Shown here in pieces: positions 1 to 12,312 of a stretch of 64,000 nt of DNA. The DNA is from Callorhinchus milii (taxonomy: Eukaryota). Position numbers and translations under genes: made by a program. Positions within the stretch are counted from its first letter, which is position 1. Each line of letters starts with the position of its first letter. The notes under the pieces were generated by a model. It was not told the origin of the DNA. It made no database searches and worked only from the letters and a program-made list of their open reading frames with translations. The stretch lies in NCBI RefSeq assembly GCF_018977255.1, contig NW_024704743.1, forward strand, positions 89,778,001-89,842,000. Direction: 5' to 3'.

Positions 1-282
1 GTATTCTCATAGAATATGTGTGAAGAAAGTCTGTGTTCACTTTAAACAGACTCTTATTCAGGTACTGCATTTTAAATCCTAAAGTGTATGAATGAAATGA
101 ATTCTGTTACCGAGATTGAAAAAGCAATTGTTTGGAACAGGATTCACTAATAGTCTCTCAGAGTTGCTAAGGAGAATCTTGCTGGTAACTGATAGCCATC
201 TCATGGGATCCCCATGATGTATAATGCTTTGAAACAGGGATCCCACAAGTCAACCATGATGAATTGCCAGTTTGTGTGTGTC

Positions 283-2430
283 AATCTGGCTCAGTTGGTT
301 GCACTTTCATCTCTGAGTCAGAGATTGTGGGTTCAAGCCCCATGTCAGGACTTTGAACTCACATAGTCTAGCTCACTCCCCAGCTCCATTTTCTTGCCCC
401 ACACATCACTGACATCATAAACCTGTCCCTCTCCTCTGGCTCTGTCCCCATTCCATTAAAAACTGCCATCATCACGCCCACCCTGAAAAAACCCTCCCTT
501 GATGCGTCGCAGCTATCAAGCTACCGGCCCATCTCCAACCTCCCCTTTCTCTCCAAGGTCTTGGAAAGAGTTGTCGCCTCCCAACTGCGCTCTTTCCTCT
601 CCACCCATTCTCTTTTTGAACCCCTTCAGTCAGGTTTCCGTGCTGCTCATAGCACAGAAACTGCCCTGGTCAAGGTCACCAATGATATCCTGACCATCTG
701 TGACCAGGGCTCCCTCTGTCTCCTCGTCCTCCTCGACCTATCGGCAGCATTCGATACGGTCGACCACGCTATCCTACTCCACCGCTTGTCCTCCCACCTC
801 AACCTTCAAGGCACTGTCCTTGAATGGTTTAGCTCTTACCTTTCCCACCGTCTTCACTTCGTCTCAACGAATGGCTTCTCCTCCACCCCCCGTACTGTCT
901 CATGTGGTGTCCCTCAGGGCTCTGTCCTCGGTCCCCTCCTCTTCACCCTCTATATGCTCCCCCTTGGTGACATCATCCGCAAACATGGGGTTAACTTCCA
1001 CATGTATGCGGATGACACCCAACTCTACCTTTCCTCCTCTACTCTCAACTCCACGACCACCGATGTCCTGACAGCCTGCCTGTCCGACATCGAGTCCTGG
1101 ACGAGAGACAACTTTCTTCAGCTCAACGTGCGAAAAACCGAGGCCCTCCTGATTGGCTCACGTCAGCGCCTCCGCACCTCAGGCGCTGACACCATCAGCA
1201 TCCAAGGCTGCACTCTCCACCTCTCAAAGCCAGTCAGGAACCTCGGCGTTTTGTTCGACCCTGAGCTGTCCTTTCTCCCTCACATCCGCACCACAACTGG
1301 CACCGCCTTCCATCACCTCCGGAATATCGCCAGATTACGGCACTACCTCACCCCTCACGCCGCTGAAACCCTGGTTCACGCCTTTGTCACCTCAAGGCTG
1401 GACTATGGGAACTCTCTCCTCGCCGGCCTTCCCGCACCTCCCTCCACAAGCTGCAGGTCATTCAGAACTCTGCAGCTCGTGTACTGTCCCGCACCAGGCT
1501 TCGGGACCACATCACTCCCACCCTCGCTCGCCTCCACTGGCTCCCCATCCCCCAGAGGATTGATTTCAAGATCCTCATCCTCACCTACAAGGCCATTCAC
1601 GGCCTTGCTCCCTCCTACCTCTCCAACCTACTATCCCCCTACCTGCCCGTACCCTCCGTTCCTCTGGCTCCGGTCTGCTCCACGTCCCCCGCCCCAACCG
1701 CCCTACTATCGGTGGTCGGGCCTTCAGCCTCTCAGCCCCCAGGCTCTGGAACTCCATCCCCCAGTGCCTTCGCCTTGCTTCCTCCCTTTCCTCCTTCAAG
1801 GCCGGTCTCAAAACCTTTCTCTTTGACCGTGCCTTCAGCTCCCCTCTCGACTCTCTTCCTCCTCCTCGCTCCCTCCCTTCCCTCCCCTCACCCTGACCAT
1901 TTCCCCCTCCTCTCTCCCTCCCTTCCCTCCCCTCACCCTGACCATTTCCCCCCTGCTCGGGTCATGACCCAACTGTGCAGCGCCTTGGGACGTCCTCCTG
2001 ACGTGAAAGGCGCTCTATAAATGGAATCTTGTTGTTGTTGTTGTTGTTGATGGTGTGCTGCATCATCGGAGGTGCTTTCTTCGGATAACACGTTAAAGTG
2101 AGGTCCCATCTGCCTGTTCATGTGGATGTTAAAAATGAATGGCACTACTCGTAAAGAAAAGGGAGTTTCTCCAGGCGTGCTGACCAACAAACTCCCAAAT
2201 AAAATTGATCATTCGTTTCATGGCTGTTTGTGGGACATAACTGTGCATAAATTGGCTGCCAACTACAAAATACACAATCACTCCACTTTATCGTCTATCC
2301 TGTGAAGCACTTTGAGACATAATTCAGACGTAAAGGGCCTTGGGACGTCCTCCCGATGTGAAAGGCGCTATACAAATGTAATCTTGTTGTTGTTGTGAAA
2401 GGTGCTATATAAAATTATTTTAAAGGATTA
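283..2430 (+). mobile_element. Old Deu-domain-type SINE split by the L2 insertion (head 283-373, body 2050-2430)
   Basis: tRNA-like head tggctcagttggttgcactttcatctctgagtcag...ggttcaagcccc, and the body resumes tgctgcatcatcggaggtgc...tgtttgtgggacat...aaattggctgcc. Colinear with the unsplit copy at ~63095-63510. Confidence 0.75.
374..2049 (+). mobile_element. L2-clade LINE, 5'-truncated, young copy (RT domain + 3' UTR + (TTG)n tail)
   Basis: [48 protein letters not shown] and [10 protein letters not shown] motifs. A ~40-bp tandem duplication lies in the 3' UTR (~1868-1955), and the tail is ...gtgaaaggcgctctataaatggaatc(ttg)n. Confidence 0.95.
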
Positions 2431-3944
2431 TTATTTACTAGCAGCAATTTGAATGAATTCAATTGTGAATCCCCACTATTTTGCCCCCAGTGTGTTTAAC
2501 ACCTTTCCAACTCTGCAACAAGGAGCCACCAAGTTAAGCTCAGAAAGGGGATGGTGAAAAATCTGTTTTGATTCAATTATGTTATAAGGAGAGCGTTGAA
2601 GATGTGGAATCAACTAGCTAAGGAAGCAGGTGGTGGGGAAGGATTGTGTCAGCATATTCAAGAGGGAATTACCTTTCCATTTGACAGAGAAATCATTTCA
2701 AGGGTATGAGAGACAGAATAATGTAGGATTTTTTTTAAAATTTGGGATCAGACAGATGAAGAGCACAAAGGGCTTATCTGGCTTCTATGTTCTTATGTTC
2801 CTATATAAGTCATCAGTTGTTGCTACCTGCTGTATATTACCAGATTTCATAACTCACTCTGCAAGTTTCTGTCAAATTAGTCTCAGTTCGCAAGAAGTGG
2901 AGCCGTATTGAGGAAATATCCTGTACTGTGAATACCAAATATTTTTTGTACAAATTGCATGACACCTTTTTATTTGGGTAATTTCACTAATGAATACAAT
3001 ATCAGCATGGCACAAAATGGCTGTAAAGGTGTCCAAATATTTGTCTGAAACATATGGTCTATAATTTAATTCCATGGCAGAGCAATAATTCAGAACAGTG
3101 AAAAAGAGCACATTAATTATTGCTTTGAAGTTGACAGCTGTGCACTGCAATTCATAATTAATTTAAAGGCTACCCCATAGCTCCCTCTCTCATATATATT
3201 ATATATTCATTATACCATACATGTGGGCTGAGAAGAAATTGCTCTTTTTGTTGTTTTGATGAGAATTTACCTCTGCAGCAGTTTATTTCACAAGATCATA
3301 ACATTGGTCTGGATGAAGAAGGCCCTTTGTCACATCGGATTTCTTCCCTCCAGAACACCCACCCTGTCTGTCCTGAAAATGGCCTTTGCAACTCTAAACC
3401 TATGTCCTCTTGTTCTATTGTTTTGCTGCTCCTAAAATGTAATTTTTATCTAGTACATATTGAAAAAGGAAGACCTGAAAGGGAGATGAACATTAATTAG
3501 ATTTAAGTGTTCTGTAGCTATGTTTTGAATATCAGACATGTGGGAAAATATTCTTGGAAGTTTTGCTTCTTTGCATGTCCAGTTCAAGCAATCTCTATGT
3601 GAAAATTCCCACCTGGAGATAGAATGAGTGGACTTGATAGAATAGATTTGAGCAAGGTTAGGGGCAGATACGTTTTGCTCATTTTATCATTTTAATGGTT
3701 TTATGACATTTACTCAACCATGGCTCTCACAACTTTGAGGTCTTCAGAACCTCTCGAGCTGAATTAGTGTCTAGTATCTTACCAACAGCTGTCTGTTTCT
3801 TACATGTATGAATTATGAAGTGACTTTATATTGTAGTAAATTAAGCTTCTTTACATTATAGATATAAGTCTTTATATCCTTTGGAAAATTACGCTTCTCT
3901 ATCTGCTGATTACCGCTATAAATGTTTATTTATAGCTGTTTATA

Positions 3945-4777
3945 GCTACAGCTGAATGTGAACAAGACAGAAGCCATATTGGCTCCCATGAACGTCTTCA
4001 CTCCTGCGGATCTAAACTCCTCAACCTCCCTGGGCTCTCTCTCAGACTCACGGAAACAGTGCGCAATCCAGGCGTCCGGTTCAACACCCAGCTGTCCTTC
4101 CTCCCCCACATCTGGTCCCTGATCAGGACTGCCTTCCTGCACCTCCGTCACATTGCCTGCTTACAACCGTACCTTATCCCAAATGCAGCTAAAACCCTCG
4201 TGCATGTGTTTGTCATTTCTCATCTGGATTACTCAAACACACTCCTCACTGGTCTCCCCAGCTCCACTATTCAAAAAATCCAGCTCATTCAGAACTCTGC
4301 TGCCCACATACGTACATGGACCGAACTCCATACCCCCATCTCACCAGTTCTGGCCAGGCTCCACTGGCTCCCCATCACTGAACGGATGGACATCAAGATC
4401 CTCACGCTCGTGTTCAAATCCCTTCACTCTCTGGCACCTCCCTACCTCTGTGACCTCCTCACTCCCCAGTCCATCACCTGGCTCCTCTGCTCAACTGGCA
4501 GCAGCCTGCACCCTCCGCTCCACCAATGGAGGCCGTGCTTTCAGCCACTGCACCCCAAAACTTTGGAATACTCTCCCTCAATCCCTCCACCCTCTCTCCC
4601 CTTTTCCAAGTCCCACCTTAAAACCTTCCTTTTCGACCGTGCTTAAGGTTACCTCCCCCTCCCGCAACCCACCACCACACCAGCTCGGAGTCAGGGTCCA
4701 CTAATGTTAAGTGCTCTGAGATGTTGCCTTGCATGGAGGGCACTGTATAAGTGCAAGTTGTTGTTATTGTTGTTGTT
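3945..4777 (+). mobile_element. Older L2 LINE 3' fragment
   Basis: RNPGVRFNTQLSF, SHLDYSNTLLTGLP and LARLHWLPI motifs, plus a tgcaagttgttgtt tail. Confidence 0.88.
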
Positions 4778-5401
4778 TGGATAAAATTTAATTATGTTTT
4801 GATTCTGTGTAGATGCAGAATCAATTTATGTACTTAAAAGGGAGACATCTAAATATGTGGAAAGTTCGGGTATTAAGAGTTGTGTCAAATGTGACTAAAT
4901 GATCTGCTATGCTGTAATAAACTGGTGCAACAGAATTAGATCACAAGTTTTGAGTATTAATTTTATGGTGGTTTAACATTGTATGTGCACACAGGAATAT
5001 TTTTTTAATGGTAAACATTTTGTTCTACTACCTCTTGGGATTAATTTTATTTCTATATCTTCTCTATTTCTCTTGACCTGTAGATTTTTTTTCACATATT
5101 ACTAATACTTGCGTTTGATATAGCATCTTATCACACAAAGTGCTTCAGACAATGACATTTAGTGACTGTTGTTATTTAAGCAGTATATTTGCACTTGGAG
5201 TATTTCATAAACAGCAAACCACTGAATGTTAAACTTTTTTTGTGAAGTTCGGATGAGAAAAGAATTGACCAGACATAAACATAATTTACTAACACAATAA
5301 ACTATCAGGTAGGGTGGTCCTAGCTGGACAAGCAGTGGGAAAACTTGCCAAACGGTATTATCAATGGCAAGCTATGTGGTTTTTGCTGGCTAGCCTCCAG
5401 C

Positions 5402-6780
5402 CACAACAAAAAAAATTACATTTGTATAGTGTCTTTTACGTCTGGAGGACATTCCAAGGCGCTGGACAATCAGTGTTTCGGACCCGAGCTGGGGGTTGGG
5501 ATCGGGGAGGGTGGATGGCAAGGGGGAAAGAGGGTGAGTGAAGGCATGGTCGAAGAGGGGGATCTTGAGATGGGTTTTGAAGGAGGCAAGGGAGGGGGTG
5601 AGGCGGAGGGACTGCGGGTTTGGGTGGTGGTGCGGAGAGGGATTGAGAAGTTAAGGGAGATGAAGTAATGGTCCTAGATTGCTTTGACGGTGAGGCCCTG
5701 GGTGATCAGCGGGTCGAGGGGATGACTGTGGACATGGGTGATGGAGTGAATATGGAGGGAGAAGTTGAGTGAGGAGAGGCTGGAGGAGAAGTCAGCAGAG
5801 GTAGAGAAGGAGGGGGCGAAGTGAACGATGAAGTCCCCTAGGATGAGGAAGTGTTCAGAGCAGAGGGAGAGGGAAGATAGGAAGGTGGGGAGGAAGATGG
5901 GGGAAGGGCCTGAGGGGGTGATACATAAGGAGAATTTTGAGGGAAAGGTTGGAGGAGTGATAAAGGGTAGGGTGCTCAAAGGAGCGGAAGGTTCTGGAGG
6001 AGTAAGCGAATAGGCCAAGTGGGGACTGGAAGATGAGAGCCACATTGCCATGGCAGTTAGGTTGTGGTGTATGATGGAGGGTGTAGCCAGGTGGTGTGGC
6101 CTCTGTCAGGGGGAAAGTGTCACCTAGAGTGACCCAGGTTTCAGTGAGGGTGAGAATGTCAATGTTTTCGTCGACAATAAGGTCTTGGATGGTGAGTGTT
6201 TTATTGGAGGGAGTGGACATTTTGTAGGTTGATGTGGAGGGGACAGTTGGTGGCAGAATGTGGGAGACGAGGGGGGGAGGGGCAGGATTGACAGGGAGGG
6301 TGGGGATGTGGATGAGGGAGGAGAGGTTGGCCCCGTGGTCAGGGATTGATGGGCCTTGCGGCGAGAATGGGGGATAGGGCAGTCAGAGTGGCTGCTGTTG
6401 GACAGCCAGAAATTCAAAGGTGGCGGGCGGTTGTGACTCCATGCAGCAGCTGATTTCTGGTTGGATGTTCACCATGAGAGTCAGCAATGGCTGCGATGGC
6501 TCTTTGGACCAGCCGATGCGACGAATCCCATATTGGTTCCACATGGCACAGGTACAGGCCCCGCGTTGAATCTGGAAGCTATTGGGGACAATGCCAGTGT
6601 TGTCCTCGAGCCCTTCTCGGCCTTGGTTCAGGTCCCGCTCATGAGTAAGCTAGGGGCCCTGCTCCAGACAGCGATCTCGGCCCTGCTCCAGGTATGGCTC
6701 GCATGTAAGTCGCCTTGGTCCCCATTCCAGGTATGCCTGCCACGGGAGACCATGAGCCCAAGAACTCCTGGCACCCCCTC
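5402..6780 (-). mobile_element. L2 LINE with internal deletion: 5'/endonuclease region joined to the 3' UTR
   Basis: The minus strand encodes APE motifs DILTLTETW, LILGDF and HSHPLD (5674-6220); 5402-5615 is the reverse-complement L2 3' tail. The RT region is absent. The 5' limit is uncertain. Confidence 0.8.
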
Positions 6781-6970
6781 ACTCCACTAAAATCGAACTC
6801 GGATTAACCCCATTCGCCTGGATTGCAAAAAACAGGGTTTTCCTGTTTTTTGCAATCATGTTTGGCAACCTCCTCAATATGCCAACCTCCAGCCCACCAC
6901 CATCCAGGGGAACATTGGCCCCCAACACACACTCTGGGGTCCCCAAGCTTTGGCTGTTGCCAACCTCTGC

Positions 6971-7279
6971 GTGGAGTCCTGTAGCTCAGTGGTTAGAGCA
7001 CTCGCCTTGCAAATGAGAGACCTGCGTTTGATTCCCAGCAGGGAGAAACCTTGGGCAAGTTTGCTTACTCCAGACACCTGATAATAATCCCTCAACAAAA
7101 AAAATAATAATTTGGTCACTGACTGTTTGTGGGATACTACTGTGAGCAATTGGTTACCGTGTTTCTCCCACAAAATATGCAGTCAATTCACTTTGTAGTA
7201 TATTCTGCGAAGCGCTTTGAGACGTTTAGAAGATGTGAAAGACGCTATATCAAATGCAAGGATTATTATAGGATTATTA
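6971..7279 (+). mobile_element. tRNA-derived SINE, full length (short variant)
   Basis: Head ggagtcctgtagctcagtggttagagcactcgccttgcaa with A/B-box-like motifs and tail tatcaaatgcaaggattatt. Near-copies at 57255 and 61776. Confidence 0.9.
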
Positions 7280-7485
7280 ATACTAATTAGGTAAGAAGGA
7301 TGCATCCATCCAGGGAGAGAGTGAAAATTCCATTCCAACAATCTGTCTCTGAAAGTTCCCGGTGGAGGTGGGATGCATGGAAATCTCAGTTTGGTTTTGA
7401 TATTCTTAAGCGTGGTGATGGGTTTCCCCATGTGTCAGACGCCATGCGGAAATCAACACATATCGAAACCCAGCTGACCAAAAAA

Positions 7486-7606
7486 AAAGCCCTCAGTTTA
7501 ACATCTCAACGGAAAGACCTCAGTTTAACATCTCAATGGAAACCCCTCAGTTTAACATCTCAACGGAGTTTAACATCTCAACGGAAAGCCCTCAATTTAA
7601 CATCTC
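7486..7606. repeat. 27-bp minisatellite, ~4.5 copies (aaagccctcagtttaacatctcaacgg)
   Basis: Units start at 7486, 7513, 7540, 7567 (partial) and 7585. Confidence 0.9.
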
Positions 7607-7659
7607 TTCTTGAATACTTGTCAATTTATGCTGTTTTTTCAATAAAGAATATTAGAAAG

Positions 7660-8665
7660 CTTTGGAGGAGAAAAGTCCATTCCACTCATATCCTCCACAG
7701 ACCATGTGGAGTCTACCTTATTACAAACTCAAACCTCCATATTACTCATCTAAGAGTAAGTTCTGTAAATGTATTCTTTACTTTCAATGTAGTCAAGCAA
7801 ATCTCTATTCCATTGTTTGATTTCTTTTTCTCATTTCCTCAAGAAATCTGATCAATTTATTATCAAATTATAGATCTGCTCCATTTACTACTTTTGGTGA
7901 ATGTGTCACCATGTGCCTATTTATAACTAAAGTAATTTCAAATTTAGAATTTAATTTGAATTATAATTTAAACTTCCATTGCAGTTATTACAAGACCACA
8001 TCAATAAACCAAGGATTTTTTTTAGATATGGCAGACGTTTTATTGACCCAGACTGGGAATCAGCTCAGGTTTCTTTTCTTGGTTGGTATCCCATGACCTC
8101 TACTGGAAAGTATGTATTTGTTTGTGTGTGTGTGCGCGTATGTATTTGTGTGTGGACATATACATACACATTGGGTGAGGACAGGATCAGCCTCACCTAT
8201 GATGGTCTTATGGTTGATTAGCTTTTGCTGCTCATCATCATGGTTTAGTTTCATGCATGAAGAATGACTAATAGGGTGTGTCCCCTGTCCCTGGAAGGTT
8301 GCTGGCATCTGTATTACTAACCTCAGACTGAGTCATTGCCTTCAACAACAGACTGGTAGGAAGAGAAATTTGTAGATAAATGATTACCGAAAAAATGTAG
8401 GGTAGAGTACAGATATATATTTGTATATCTTTGGAGGAGAAAAGTCCATTCAACTCACACCCTCCACGAACTATGGGGAGTCTACCCTATTATGAACTCA
8501 AACCTCCGTATTACTCATCTAAGAGTAAGTTCTGCAAAATGTATTCGTTACTTCCATTGTAGTCAGCAGTGAACTGAGTTATTGCCTTCAGCAGCAGACT
8601 GGTGGGAAGAGAAATTTGTAGATAAAGGATTACAGAAAAAATGTAGGGTAGAATACAAAGATATA
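7660..8665. repeat. Local diverged duplication, pattern A-spacer-B-A'-B'
   Basis: A 7660-7795 matches A' 8429-8565 (tttggaggagaaaagtccatt...ttactcatctaagagtaagttctg). B 8327-8418 matches B' 8573-8665 (actgagtcattgccttc...atgtagggtaga). Confidence 0.85.
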
Positions 8666-9864
8666 CTCTCACAAGTAATGGGTGCATCAACAGTTAAGGT
8701 CCCTCAAATAAAGAAATTAAAATTAAAGTAAAACTCAAAAAAGGGGCATTTCAGGATAGACATCAGGAAGAATTATTTTACCAGGGGATAATTAATGACT
8801 GGAATAGGTTGTACCAAGGGTGTTTGAGGCCAAGACACTGGACTCATTTAAAAAGCAGCTTGATGCTGTGATGCGGAGACAGTAGGGAGGGCATTCTGGA
8901 AGGATGAGATCAAATGGGCCGAAGGACTTTCTTTATACAAACCAATATTTTGATCTTGTGAGTCAGCTGTGTCTAAGACAATAGACCAGTAAAACTTTAC
9001 TGGTACTAAAGAATCTTTTAAGACTTTTTCCATTCCAAAAGCATTAATTGTGGTAACTTCTTATATTACATTTCCTGCGAACCATTGTTTCCTTAATGAT
9101 GACATTCCAACAGTCTGTCACAGTCTTCAATCAAAGCACTTTGAATGCACCTTTGAAATGATCCTTCAATTATACCTCTACAATTCCCAGAGTTGTAATG
9201 TTTGCTTACTGTACTTTCACATTTGATTTAGGAGGATTGAGGATAGTTTTAATGTGAAATAACCCCATGGAAAGCTACAGTTGATGCCTCATAAATATCC
9301 ACCTGCCCTAATTGAAATTACGAGATTAGTCAGAGTGACACCTTGCCTCCTTCTTAATGGTTTCACTGTAATTGCCTTTGCTACGCGCTCGATTGATCAA
9401 TGCATTTGAAGGAGAAAGACTGATGTTGATTTAGCATCAGCAGCNAAAAAAGGGAAGGCTTTCTGTGAAGTGTAAAACTACTGCTGTTCAGCTGTCAGTC
9501 TGCCCTCTGGGTTATAAGAAATCTTTTTTCAAGCATAACCAGTGAAACAGGACAGATATTTCTTGTAACAGCAAATGTTATCAAATCATAATAGTCTCTT
9601 GAATTGAGATTAGCAGACAGATTACAGCAGTTATGTTGCAGGTTTGTTCACTAAACAATATATTCAGCCTTGATTTCCCAGTACAGTAAAGGCTATGTTC
9701 TATTATTAATTAATTTATATCCTTTTCAAATATAGACAAAATGCAAAAGGTGGAAATTATGTTGGGGAAGATATTTTTCAATGGAGATATGTTAGAGGAG
9801 CTAAGTTAAACAGCCTTCTGGAGGACATCGCCAAGATTGAAAAAAAAGATAAAGTAATTATAAA

Positions 9865-10470
9865 AAAATTATGAAGCACTGGTTAGACCTCAGCTAGAAT
9901 ACTATGTTCAGTTCTGGACAGCATACTTTAGGAAGGATGTCAAGGCATTAAGGATGTCAAGGCATTAAGGATGTCAAGGCAAAGGAGATTTCCCAGGATG
10001 GTATCAGGAATGAGGGACTTCAGTTATCAGGAGAGGCTAGAGAAGCAAGGATTATTCTCCTTGGATCAGAGAAGATTAAGAGGAGACTTAATAGAAATTT
10101 TCAAAATTATGAGGGGAATCGATAAGTTGGACAAGGAGAAACTATTTCCACTGGCGGATGGGTTGGTAACCCGAGGACACCGCTTTAAAATGGTTATTAA
10201 AAGAAACAGATGGGAGGTGAGGTGAAATTTTTTCACACTGCAAGTTGTTCGGATCTGGAATGCTTTGCCTGAAAGGGTGGTGGAAGCCGATTTGATAACA
10301 ACTTTGAAGAGAGAAGTAGATAATTATTTAGGGAGGACAAGTTTGCAGGGCTATGAGGAGGGAGCCGGGGAGTGGGATTGATTCGGATAGCTCTTTTCAA
10401 AGAGCTGGCACAGATATGATGGGCCAAGTGGCATCCTGTGCTGTATAATTCTATGGTGCTATGGTTCTAT
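9865..10470 (+). mobile_element. CR1-clade LINE 3' fragment
   Basis: LVRPQLEY, YQERLEKQGLFSLDQRRLRGDLIEIFKIMRG and TRGHRFK motifs; ttctatgg tail repeats; internal 17-bp triplication (aaggatgtcaaggcatt) at ~9933-9980. Confidence 0.9.
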
Positions 10471-10519
10471 AGTAATTGTGATTGATGTGAAACATTGATT
10501 TGAAAATGATATAGATTGC

Positions 10520-11070
10520 AGCAGGAGGAAAAGAGTGAGGAAAGTAAGGAGCTCAATAGACTTCAGTTCTGGGAAAGAATGAGTTTGAACAGGTAGGGGA
10601 TCTTGAAATTTGAACCATTCTGCAATTGGGAGCAAGTGGAGCCTGGCAAGAACTGGGATGATTGGGGTGCGGAGCCTGGTACAGTTGAAGTCAGAGCTGC
10701 AGGGTTCTGAATCATTTGGAGCTGGGGAGATTAGAGAGGACTGCATGAGAAAAATTGAGGTGGGAGATGACAAAAGTATGAATGAGAGTTTCAGCTTTTG
10801 ATGTAAGATAGGGGCAATCATGGGGGATGCAGCAGAGGAGGAGGAAGGCATTCCTGGTCAGGGACTGCACGTGGGGTAAGAAGAATAACTGAGGATCAAA
10901 CCTGATGCCACGGTTGTTTACAGGTTTGGTGAGTGTGAGGTACAGGCAAAAAAAGTTAAAGAGTTCACAGCCACAGGTGAGAAGACCTTTGACGGAAGCC
11001 AAGGAGAATGACTTCCATCCGTATTCAGCCGCAGAAAGTTGTGCTCCTCCAGGTCTTGGCATTAAACAAG
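10520..11070 (-). mobile_element. Degraded L2 fragment
   Basis: Minus-strand LARLHLLPI, GIRFDPQLFFLPHV and AETLIHTFVISHL motifs. Confidence 0.8.
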
Positions 11071-11104
11071 TAGGCAGTCAGAACACATGTAGGTAATAAA
11101 TGAT

Positions 11105-12305
11105 TGCTGTGGGATGCCATATGCTGTATTATATCTAGATTTCCAAAAGGCATTTGACAAAGTACCACACGAAAGACCCCTTCACCAACTGTGTTCCATT
11201 GTTATCAAGGGCAAGACATGAACATGATTCAGAATTGATTGACGGGAAGGAAGAGGATGGTCCTTTTTAGGGGAGCTAGGTTAAAATGGGGCAAGGTATT
11301 AAGTGGGTTGCCTCAGGGTTTGTGCCGAATCCCTTCTATTCCTTCTATGTATTAATGACCTAGATTCGCAGACAAAGTGGAAGATAATTAAAATTGCAGA
11401 TAAAGCCAAGTTTGGGGAACCATGGAATAAAAAGAGATGGCAAAGGATCTACAAAGGGAGCTTGATACGGTATACACAGGCACTGATATCTGGCAAATGA
11501 AATTTAATACAGATAAATGCAAGGAAATGCATGTCAGATACAAGAATAATAAACACAAGTATTCCATGGATGCGATAGAACTTGCCGAGGGATAACCTGG
11601 AAGAGATCTATGACGTTAGTTGACTCATTGCTCACTATTCCAAACAATGTGAGGCAACAGGATGCTAAGGCAAATAGGATGTGGGAACATATTACTAAAT
11701 CGGTTTAATTTAGATTCCCTGACATCCTATTTGAGCTATATAATGCCCTGGTCAGACCTTGAGTGCTGCAAATAGTTCTAATCACTGTGGCATAAGGGGG
11801 CTGCCCAGGCACTAGAGGCAGTGCAGAGGAGGAGAGCAACAGGGATTATCCCCAGTGTTAGAGGAATGAGCTATGAGCAATGATAAGACAAGCTCGTGCT
11901 CCTCATTCATGAGAAAAAGATGATCCGGGGGGATCTCATAGAGGTGTATAAAATGTTAAATGGGATTGAAAAAGTAAACCCGGATCAATATTTAAGATGC
12001 AACAAGACAGTTGTAGAACAATAGGATGCATGTTTAGAGTTGTAACAGGCAATTTTGGGACAGATACAAGTTTTTCTTTCGTCAGAGGATAATAATATAA
12101 TAATAATAATAACAACCTTGCATTTGATTTAGCATCTGTAATAATCAACTGAAACAGATTGCCAGGCAAGGTGGTGGAGACCAGGAAACTGGACACATTT
12201 AAAAGGCAGCTTGATGCTGTGATGGGGGGAACAGTAGGGTTGGTGTTCTGGGAAGGCTGAAATCTGACTGACCAAAGTGTCTTCTTAATCCAAACCAATC
12301 TTGTG
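11105..12305 (+). mobile_element. Degraded CR1 LINE (RT and 3' end)
   Basis: LYLDFQKAFDKVPHE at ~11128, KIADKAK, KFNTDKCK and RGDLIEVYKMLNG motifs; many stops and frameshifts. Confidence 0.88.
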
Positions 12306-12312
12306 TGTTGTT

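Noticed and set aside
561..1826. 421-aa RT ORF as a domesticated gene or retron-like system
   Set aside because: It is a 5'-truncated, frameshifted L2 ORF2 with a normal LINE tail and many sibling copies.
6971..7050. tRNA-like sequences at 6971, 57255, 61776 and 61090-61170 (-)
   Set aside because: Each runs into a common SINE body and tail and lacks a proper acceptor stem, so these are SINE heads rather than tRNA genes.
7486..7606. CRISPR-like array
   Set aside because: Units are directly adjacent with no unique spacers, the context is vertebrate, and there are no cas genes.
9445..9445. Ambiguous base n
   Set aside because: Assembly ambiguity beside an A-run; not biological.
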